Positions 12,601 through 21,020 of a stretch of DNA of 64,000 nucleotides are shown here, one piece after another (the stretch's first letter is position 1; the number at the start of each line of letters is the position of its first letter). Below the pieces are notes generated by a model. That model made no database searches and had not been told where the DNA came from. It worked only from the letters and a program-made list of their open reading frames with translations. The translations under genes were made by a program, and so were the position numbers. The stretch is from Amphiscolops sp. MND2022 (taxonomy: Eukaryota): contig OZ076411.1 in NCBI GenBank assembly GCA_964187785.1, positions 54,250,001 through 54,314,000 on the forward strand, in the 5' to 3' direction.

Positions 12601-15600
12601 TGGTGCAAATTTTGAGAGAGGATTATTTAGAAGTTCAGAAACGTCTGAAACGTTTTGGAATACTACTGAATAAGAAATTTTTCAGTGTATGGAATTTGAA
12701 AAAAAAAATAAAATTTTCAACTCTGAGAAAGTGTTTTTAGTCGGCGCTTTTCCTAAGAGAAAAGTGGCCGACTATTACAGTGGCTAGTTTTTTTCTTTTT
12801 TTGCCAGAGCACAGAGCACGCCTTGTCTGTACCACTTTTTAGTACAGACTTTAATCGCCCGGGTTGACCCTCTTACTAGCATCTTGGCTGACTTGGCAAA
12901 AATGCGTGAAAAATTACGATAACGTATTCTGGCTTCCGAACTTTTAACGAGAATCCTAATAAGTCCTCACCTGTTTAAGACTGAGAAATGCGAATGTACC
13001 AAATGAAAGGTCATTTCAAGGGCTTTCCAAAACTTGTAATTCATCACTCCTGTCGATTCCAGAGACGGAGAAATATGCTCTCAAACGTCCAGACCCACTA
13101 TCGGAAAGTTACAAAGAAAAGACCTTAAAATCCGGAAATTTTTGTAAAAATCATATTTTTAGCTTTCTTAGAGCCTGTTTCAGCAGCCTAATTACTGCTA
13201 GAAACGGCGGTCATTGCACTAATTTGGGTAATGATTCAGCTCAAGGCTTTTCTGACGCCGTTGTTGGCGACGGTTTTGCAATTGAAAGAACAATTTAACC
13301 AGCCTTCCTAAATAGATATCTCTTCAAACAAATTTTATACATTGCTAACAGAAGTTTTACTGTCTAACAATATAAATCTGCAGAAATGTTGATTTTTGTT
13401 GACTTCCTTTCAGATTTTTTCTTTCCAAATAGGATTTTACAATAAAAGATTTCTTGGAAACATGGCTCTCTTGATAAGATCTTACCATGACATCTTGCAA
13501 TTCTTGCCAATATCTTGGCAAGATTTTAGCTAAGATTTTTCCAAGATCTTACTAAGATATCCATGGAGGGTCGACCCGGGCGGTTTAGGAACCCAGCGGT
13601 GATATTTTGTAACAAACTGGAGTTTCAAAAAGCCCAAAGGGTCTCCCCTTCCATATTTTTTGGCACTATGAGACTCGTTCAAAATTTTCATTTTTTGTCT
13701 GAAATTAGGCTTTCTCATTATATACTCACAAATATATTTTTTCAAAACTATTCGAAATTTTGACCCAATATACGAAGTAAAGCGCTCTATCCAAATTTTT
13801 GACGTTTTATCCGAACTATATTGCGTTTTACTAAGGAGGAGGCGGGGGATCGAAAAAAGCGCTCGCATTTGTCTCAGCATGCTATTCGAACTTCTGAATC
13901 GTTTTTCGAGCACGAAAGGCATCGGTGTTTCGAAACGTTTTCTGAGTTTTTCATGAACGAAAGGCATCGGTTTGCCTTTCGTTCATGAAAAAAGGCTCCG
14001 AAAAAGGCATCGTTTTTCGAGCACGAAAGGCATCGGTGTTTCGAAACGTTTTCTGAGTTTTTCATGAAAACGTCCTGGGCATATTTTAAAAGCCGCGGTT
14101 TTTGAGCCTTAGATATAGCGCCGACTTTAGACGTTTCCGTCTTGTTTCCTTTCATTTTTACAAGCAACAAAGCTTGCTGCCACTATGGCTTCTTGGGAAA
14201 TGGCTGCCGCAAGACTGTAGTTTTTGTGGTATTTTTAAAAGTTACCTTTGTTTAAACTTCCTCAAAGCGTTGGATTTCACCTCTTTTGAGTTACATCCAC
14301 TATAATGCGTCTGAAATATCAAAGAATTTCATTCCAGTCAATGGAACCTGGATCCTTCAGCAAAAATCAAATGTCTATTAAAACACGATGTTGAAAACCA
14401 TTTTTGGTGTCACGAAATTATGAAAAACGAGTGTTTTGGTGTGAAAACCTTGTCTAAATGAAAAAACTTTGAGACTAATGAACGGGCACAAAAACTAGTG
14501 CTTACATCTTATCTTGTTTCAGGTTCGCAAGATGGGAACGGTGCAGCCAGTGACGGTGCAATGTGTGTTGTCCATCAATCTGTTCAACGAGCGCATCTTC
14601 TTGTTCGTATGGTTCATGATCATGTTCATGGCCATCATCAACACTACCAACTTCGCTGTGTGGCTGTGGAGGATCATCCTGAGGAAGAACAGATACGGAT
14701 ACATCCGCAAACACCTCACACTCATGGACAAAATCACCTCCTCCAAAACTCTGGTAAGTCGCAACCCCCCCCGCGCTTTTCCACAAATCAATCCCCACGA
14801 CAGCGATCCGCGTCGATCTTACAGGCAAACATAACATTAACTTCGGAATCAGTTTCAAAATTTGGACTTCCTGAATTTCATTATTAACGAATTCCGATTC
14901 ATTTCATTATCATCAGCCAACCCTGACTTACGATTATAGCATAATTTTAAATGCTAAATGGTTAATAATAATAGCATCATAAATCATTTTTTTTAAATAT
15001 TTCCAAAAGTTCAAACTTTCCCGATCTCAACTGCAGGAGTCTCGAAGTACTGTGCCAGTTGGTAATTTAACGTGAATCCGAATTATATACCTCATATCCT
15101 ATTTATATTACGTATACGTTTAGAGTTCAATATGAAATAGGCAAGAACGTTTGGCTTTGAGCCGGCTTCAGACAATAACGCCCCTACCTTAATCACTAGG
15201 CCAAGTGGCGGAACCTTGTCACAGCTGTCATGTCTGCGGACTGACGAAAAAGTAACAAAAAGTGCCCGAACTTATAACGACACTTTTTCGTCAGTCTTCA
15301 CACAAGCCCGTCATAAGGATATCGGGGCACTCTTTTTTGCACAATGCCCCGACTGAAAAGAAATGCGAATTTAATGATAACCTGTTTCAGGTTTGTAGAG
15401 TGACTACAGTATAGGTCGGCTGGTGTTTTCTTTGAAATATATCGAAGCTTTGCATCATCAACAGTTTAGAGAGAAACTAATTTGCGAGCGCGTTTTCACG
15501 ACGAATCGTTCGAGCTTGCAACTTTGTTGGGGGTACTGTCGATATTAATATATGGTGCAGGTCTAATAATGTTTCAGGCGTCGGCTGGTGACTTCGTGGA

Positions 15601-16562
15601 CAGATACTTGCAACATGATGGTGTGTTCGTTATCCGACTCATGTCCAAAAATGCCACGTCCCTGGTCATTTCCGAGATGGTCGCTGCTCTTTTCGACACT
15701 TACCAGGAAAACGGAGGAAAAACACTCACCGAGGAAACACTGCTTGGTTAGTTCTATCTACCGTTCTATGAAAGAACGCTTCTTTTCTCCAACGCAAGAT
15801 TTTTCGTACATCTGTTGTAGATATACGCAACATTTCTTCTCTTTTCTACTTTATCCCTTCTTTATCTTTAAAATTACAAGGATCGTGCATACTGAAACCC
15901 ATTTTTCATGTTGGGAAAACATGCGTAAAATTGCAAGATTCCTATACATATGCATGTTTCTATCGCGACTTATAGCTGGCTTGGGATATTGACTTTCCGA
16001 CCTTTTTGATAATTTCTTTGAATAACGTCACATATTTTCGCGAGAAATTTGAGTTCAAGTGAAACGAAAGTGTCAGCTTTATTCAATTCAATCATTTTCA
16101 GCGTCACCCAAAGGCTCCAGCACTGGACTGAGTAGCCGCAAGGGCTCCTTGCATAGATCTAACAATGGACGCAAAGGCTCCCAGCCTCCTGCCTACCATT
16201 ACAGCTACCGACATGCTCCATTCGGCAACAAAACCGACAGCGGAGTCGATGACATCGACGATCTGCACAGCGGGGCCTCCTCTGAGAACGGAACCCATTA
16301 CCCGCAAATCAACCAATCGGATCCCGCCATCACTGCCGAGGAGCTTGCATTCATCAGACGTATGTTGCGAAGTGAAAAGAACCCTCAGAGGTCCAATGTA
16401 CCTTCTGCTCCTCCGGTGACCTCAGTTGCCAATTTGTACACCGCCGCACCCACTCTGTCGAATAACAGTTACCCACTTTTCGCTCACGAAGACCCAAACT
16501 TCGACCCTGATAACCACCCTAAAGCCCGCGAGGCTGCCCAGCCCGGAACGACTCAGTGTTAA
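6544..16562 (+). CDS. inx: Innexin (invertebrate gap-junction protein), 7 coding exons: join(6544..6681,7350..7539,10038..10200,10837..11137,14523..14753,15578..15746,16102..16562), 1653 nt, 550 aa
   Basis: Manual splicing gives one open frame with GT-AG introns and matching phases (0,1,2,0,0,1). It shows the innexin signatures YYQWVP, FPRVTLCDF and VQCVLSINLFNERIF, four extracellular Cys (DCW, MCW, TLCDF, VQCVL) and four hydrophobic TM segments. The paralog cannot be assigned. Confidence 0.95.
7350..7539 (+). CDS. inx: Innexin exon 2 (extracellular loop 1 to YYQWVP)
   Basis: Acceptor TTTTAG ends at 7349; reads LVGDVIDCWTEAQF...MCWVSNTY...YYQWVPIILA; donor GTTAGC at 7540. Confidence 0.95.
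8641..9117 (+). mobile_element. HINE family B, short copy in innexin intron 2
   Basis: 5' hairpin ATTTTCCGCCCATAT-TTC-ATATGGGAAAGGAAAAT; 3' inverted subterminal repeat GGGCGGAAAAT, stem-loop CCCGCT-CCTC-AGCGGG and terminal TCTTGTT; both ends recur inverted at 35858 and 39160. Confidence 0.65.
9519..9864. mobile_element. Mutator (MULE)-type foldback MITE
   Basis: ~100-bp inverted arms built of GGTTGAAAT/ATTTCAACC subrepeats, starting GG and ending CC; 9-bp target-site duplication AACAAAAAG at 9510-9518 and 9865-9873. Confidence 0.75.
10038..10200 (+). CDS. inx: Innexin exon 3 (TM2 and cytoplasmic loop)
   Basis: Acceptor TTTCCAG; reads MQALLFFLPSLVW...LALQFH; donor GTAGGT at 10201; not in the ORF track on this strand. 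Confidence 0.92.
10837..11137 (+). CDS. inx: Innexin exon 4 (TM3, FPRVTLCDF)
   Basis: Acceptor CTTCAG; reads GNYLGLIYLLAKALFVFNAWAQLF...WTNSQRFPRVTLCDFE; donor GTTGGA at 11138. Confidence 0.95.
11162..12279 (-). mobile_element. Two head-to-tail degraded HINE family A copies (11162-11591 and 11590-12279) in innexin intron 4
   Basis: Both end in ...CGACTAAAAA (reverse-complemented 5' end) and carry the family internal GGGGACCC/GTGCCGAAAAA motifs. Confidence 0.55.
12734..14146 (+). mobile_element. HINE family A, long or composite copy in innexin intron 4
   Basis: 5' TTTTTAGTCGGCGCTTTTCC...GAAAAGTGGCCGACT; 3' GAGCCTTAGATATAGCGCCGACT plus stem-loop AGACG-TTTC-CGTCT and TGTT; may be two ends from different copies. 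Confidence 0.55.
14523..14753 (+). CDS. inx: Innexin exon 5 (TM4)
   Basis: Acceptor TTTCAG; reads VRKMGTVQPVTVQCVLSINLFNERIFLFVWF; donor GTAAGT at 14754. Confidence 0.95.
15578..15746 (+). CDS. inx: Innexin exon 6 (FVDRYLQHDGVFVIRL C-terminal domain)
   Basis: Acceptor TTTCAG; conserved F+..YL..DGVF++RL innexin motif; donor GTTAGT at 15747. Confidence 0.92.
16102..16562 (+). CDS. inx: Innexin exon 7 (Ser/Pro-rich cytoplasmic tail to TAA)
   Basis: Acceptor TTTTCAG ends at 16101; the phase-1 join G|CG puts it in frame with ORF 16059..16562; GC-richer coding-like composition. No family motif confirms it. Confidence 0.72.
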
Positions 16563-18496
16563 GTGCTGAACTTTAGTGTTAAGGTCGGAGCCTCGAAGTT
16601 TGAAAACGGGTACTTAACATAACACTTCAATGGAGCTTAAAAATAAGTTTTAAGGCAACTACCATGCTGTTTACTCGATTATTCATCTTTCTCTGTGATC
16701 TCAAATAGCTGTTCTTCTCAACGCCGCAGTTGCTACAAGATTTTTAGTCATGTACTTTGTTTTAGATGGACACTAACAATTAACTTGCAGTGTTTTCTGT
16801 AACTGACTCTTGGATTGTATTAGTATTTGGAACCAAGTTGTATTATTAGTGCTATGGACTTCACGTTAGTGTGATAAAGCATAGTTTGCCGATAGCGGTG
16901 CTTCTCAGATTTTCATGGTTATTTTTTTCCACCTATGAAAATCTGAAACTGAGCCTTCATCGATTCTCTCGTATCTCAAAAATATAACGAATCCGAATTT
17001 TTGTGGTCGTGGAAGTTATGTTTGCATTTTGAATGCAATCTTATACATCTTTTCATTGTATACGATTTTACTTTGATTAACTAAGTAGTGTTTAATTGTC
17101 TCTTAATATTGCTAGTCGGGTTGTTCCGATTTCTTTCACAATATTATTTTGAGGCTATTTTCAATTGTTTTTGATTCTTTGGACCAATTTTCGTTACTAT
17201 CACCGGACCCAACGTTCAATTGAAAAGCGTGCCCCTTTTTTATCCAAACTTTCCAATGGTATTTTTAGTGATAACGTTTCTAAGACTAAAAAGTTGATGT
17301 TGAGTAAAAGCTCAGTTTTGAAAGCATTTGAAAACAGCCTAATTTTTCATCTTTTTTATTAGAATCTTTAGTATATCTTGTAGCCATATGGGCTGTTTTA
17401 CCTTTTAATTAGCTGGAGAATGAGTTCTCCCCTAGTTATGATAATTAGATTGATAGTAATATTGTGGTTGTGTTTATTTGTTAACTTTGTCAACAACGAT
17501 TGTTGCTAGTCGGATAAATGATCGGTAAGAGTCGGGTTTGTTTTAGATGCTCTTTGATTTCTTGTTAGATGACTTCCTAAGGTATTACATTGTGTTTGTC
17601 CGTGTCTATTATACTTGTGTGCGTAGTTTAATATACGAGAAACTTGTTTTGATTTTCCCTCTATCAGAGGTTGAGCCACAGAGGTACGATCGAGGAAACT
17701 TCGAGATGTAGTAAGAAACGTTTTTTGTCATTTTTTGCTGATCGAATTGCTCAAATGTTTTTCTCAAGCTTTGCTTCCAACCAAAACTTTTCTGGAAGAT
17801 TATTCAACTTGAAATTTTCAATTGCGACAACTTCGTCTGAGAAATATGGTAGCAAAAATGCCAGAATGCGCAAATTGACTATTTCCAAAAGAATTTTTCT
17901 TGAATTTAAATTCTCGAATAAAAAACAAGTACCTGGAATCTGATTAGTTGGAGCTGATTTTTTTGAGATTTCGTTCAATTTTGAGGAATATTTGTATGAA
18001 TATTAAGGTAAGTTAAGCTTGGATTCATTAAAGTATATGTCAGCAGACTTCAGATGAAAAGCTTCGAACAACAAAATCGCTTTGCATGATGAACCTTTCA
18101 GCTGTTACAAGAGATTGGAGTAACTACATTTTGCAAAAAATCTGTTGAATTGGAAGTTTGTTCCTTCGAGTCATATCATAGGATCTGAACAATTTCAACA
18201 AAAATTGCAAAATCTTTCATATAAAAAAGAGTTATTGACAGTGCTAATTGGGTTCGTGAGCTCTCACATCGCTCTTCAGCGATGAAAAAATGGCTTTATG
18301 AGGCACCTAGATCGGCATAGAAAGCAGAACATTTTGATGATTATAGTAACAAAAAGGTGAAAACTTTTTCTCGGAACTTTTCGAAAAATGTCTTCAGAAA
18401 GTGGCACAGAGCGAAAAGTCCCCAAGAGAACCTCTATGCTTTGTATCTGCTACAAATTGAAAAGGTTAGTTTGTTTTCTTTAAAAATTGCCTCATG

Positions 18497-18999
18497 TGTT
18501 GTAAACCGGTGATTTTAGTTACTTAGGACTCGCTTTCTAACTTTGCAATAAGTCTCAAAAAATTGTTATAAAGTGAAGGTAAATTAGAAGTGGGGTGTTT
18601 ATAAGATAGAATAATTTTCTAAGTCGAGCATTTCAGACTTTAGAATATTTCTAAGTTAAAATTCAGGACTCTTTGTCAGCTGAATTTAAGGGAGAGTTTT
18701 AAGTCAGAGAGCAAAGTAAGGAAAGAAAGAGAGGAGAAGAGAGCGAGTGAATTCTCAGTGTTCCGCGTTGGAATGGGTACCTGTATTTCTCTTTCCAGCT
18801 CAGGACAGTTCTACTGTCGCGTGGCTTTTTCCTATTGGCTGAGCATTAAAGGAATTTGGGAATTGCAATTTCCTTTTAGCGCGTTGCTATTCGCTTAGAA
18901 ATTAAAATGCTCTAATAATTCCGCTTTGGAAATTATTGTCTCTGAGTCAATTTCCTCTGTTGGGAAAATGAACTAAATTAGAAATAGCGCATTGCTACA
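18497..18999 (-). repeat. 3' LTR of the Gypsy element (503 bp)
   Basis: Direct repeat of 30220-30724, differing by about 3 substitutions and a 2-bp indel on visual comparison; CCAAT box AGCCAATAG on the - strand near 18833-18841. Confidence 0.95.
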
Positions 19000-19012
19000 A
19001 CTCACCCCAGTT
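19000..19012 (-). promoter_or_regulatory. Polypurine-tract-like sequence (AACTGGGGTGAGT) abutting the 3' LTR
   Basis: G-rich run immediately 5' of the 3' LTR start TGTAGC on the - strand. Confidence 0.55.
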
Positions 19013-19212
19013 GACAGAGAAGACTGCATTAGTCGTAATACCAAAATCAAATAATGGGTATAATGGTTATAAAATGGATATAATGAATAATGGGTAAAGC
19101 TTTATGTAAAGTTTACGTTAAGGTAAAGAAATTTTAAAAGTTAAATATGTTTAAGCAAATTATCATATTAAAAGAGTTTCAATTTTTGTTGAAGAGCAGT
19201 TTATAGGGGCTT

Positions 19213-20772
19213 TTAATGATTCTTTCCGGTTGGGACTTGTTTCGTGTTGACAGGCCAGGGTAGTCTAGTGCATTTGGTTTTCCATTCTGGATCCTTGTCG
19301 AAGTTATAGGTGATGGGGTAGTATACAGTTGATAGTCTGGCTTTTACATTTCCTCGTTTTAGGTTAAATATGGAATACTTCTCATACTGTTGCCAATCCC
19401 AGTGGTCTGCATGGGTTAACAGGGCGTGTAGGCATTTTTCTAATTTTTCATATTGTTTCCCATCTACTGCTTGGATTAACTGGATAGCCTCTGCACGTTG
19501 AATGTCAATCTCGACTCTCATTATTTGCAGTTGTTTGATCAATTTGTCGATGTTAGCTTGGTCTTTGAGCCTGGTGTCCTTTTTATCAAGGATCTCCTTG
19601 AACTGTTTATTTGCCTCATCGAAGGCATCAAGTTTTTCTTTGAGAAGAATGTTTGTTTTGTTGGACTCCAAGAGTTGACTTTGAAGTGACTCCGCTTTGG
19701 AGGTCGCTTCTTCAATTTGGCTCTTCAGTTCCTTGTTCTCATCGAAAAGGTCTGATGTTACTCTTTCGGAGATCTCTAACTTAAATTCTGCTCGAGTTGC
19801 ATTCTCTTTAGCCATTGCTCGTGATCGATTGGCAGAGCAGAGGGCATTCTTTAAGTTGGCTAGTTCGATATTCAGACTACGGTTTTGCTGTTCAAATTCG
19901 GCAATTGCGAATTCAGTTTTCCAGAGTGCAGCGGTAAGATTGGTATCAGGTGTGTCTATCCACTCTTCATTTTTTGTTTGTGTGGTCGCATTGACTGTTG
20001 GTTGTTTGTTGTGTGAGATTTGGGAATTATCATGATGTGATTCCTTGGAAGCTGGTGTACTGATTGACGAGCTACAAGTACTGGCGTTGTCGTTAAACAG
20101 GGGGTTTGGGTCGTCAGGAAACGCGGTGATTACACCAAAGGGGGCTTTAATTAGAGAATCAATTTGATGGTTGTAGATTACGTACTTCCTTTCTTCGGGA
20201 AGACGATCTTTTAGTCTCCATTGATTCATTTCCTTTGGTAAATTAATGTTTATAGCGGGGCAGCGTTCAGGGGGAATGACAATGGAACAATTCAACTTCT
20301 TGTTAACAAGTTCAATTCCTTGTTTAGGTGTGGCAAGGAACCATTCATTATGGTCCTTCCTTATACCATACTTCAGTAATTGAATGAATTTTGGGTCGTC
20401 TGTATCTATATTTGTCTCTCGGGACTTTTGGATATCAAGTCTTTCTTTAAGGCTTGGAAACCATTTTTTTTCTTTGGGTAACCCGTCGTCGAGTCTCATT
20501 GACACGCACGAGGGGCCTTTAATTTTCCCATCACCGAGTCTCTTTGACAGGCGGTTAGGGTCTAAGTTCATATCATTTTCCAATTTGGATGTCTTTTTCG
20601 GCCAATTTGGCTCAGGAGCTTCAGAGGCTATTCTTTTGTTAGCCTGCCTGAAGGGTTTGGGGAAGCAGGGCTTTACCCGCTTAGTTTTTCGTGATCGGAA
20701 GTTGACATTAGGAGGGCGTAAGTCGTTGGGGATAAAACCTTCAGGTTCGAACAAGTCAATAGCATCCGACAT
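19213..20772 (-). CDS. ORF4 of the Gypsy element: intact 519-aa protein of unknown function with a long central/C-terminal coiled coil
   Basis: ATG-initiated uninterrupted 1560-nt ORF between env and the 3' LTR, same sense as gag/pol/env; heptad-like L/I/E/K/Q pattern about aa 280-445; no signal peptide or TM segment seen. Confidence 0.85.
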   Translation of the reverse strand: MSDAIDLFEPEGFIPNDLRPPNVNFRSRKTKRVKPCFPKPFRQANKRIASEAPEPNWPKKTSKLENDMNLDPNRLSKRLGDGKIKGPSCVSMRLDDGLPKEKKWFPSLKERLDIQKSRETNIDTDDPKFIQLLKYGIRKDHNEWFLATPKQGIELVNKKLNCSIVIPPERCPAININLPKEMNQWRLKDRLPEERKYVIYNHQIDSLIKAPFGVITAFPDDPNPLFNDNASTCSSSISTPASKESHHDNSQISHNKQPTVNATTQTKNEEWIDTPDTNLTAALWKTEFAIAEFEQQNRSLNIELANLKNALCSANRSRAMAKENATRAEFKLEISERVTSDLFDENKELKSQIEEATSKAESLQSQLLESNKTNILLKEKLDAFDEANKQFKEILDKKDTRLKDQANIDKLIKQLQIMRVEIDIQRAEAIQLIQAVDGKQYEKLEKCLHALLTHADHWDWQQYEKYSIFNLKRGNVKARLSTVYYPITYNFDKDPEWKTKCTRLPWPVNTKQVPTGKNH

Positions 20773-21020
20773 TATAAATTATATTTGTAGTTGAATATGA
20801 AAAGTGAATATCAAAAGCAAGAGAACTGGATAAGTGGAGTAACTGGAGAATAAATAGTTGGCATTAGGCTTGAGGTTAAGTAGTTGGCGACTGTACTAAA
20901 TTTTAGAAAGCGAGTTATATAGGGTTTGTAAGTTAATTTGTGTTTGTGTCATTATGTTTGTGACCAGAAGAAAAACATCAACAATCACAGTGGTATCTAT
21001 TCCAAGAAGCCTTATCACTT

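Noticed and set aside
14502-14887. ORFs 14502..14858 (-), 14519..14791 (-) and 14498..14887 (+), and similar ones at 9986, 10862 and 16104
   Set aside because: Antisense or off-frame shadows of GC-rich innexin exons.
19213-20772. ORF4 being intact while gag, pol and env are broken, as evidence of host co-option
   Set aside because: Five lesions in about 8.5 kb predict roughly one in 1.56 kb, so zero is unremarkable.
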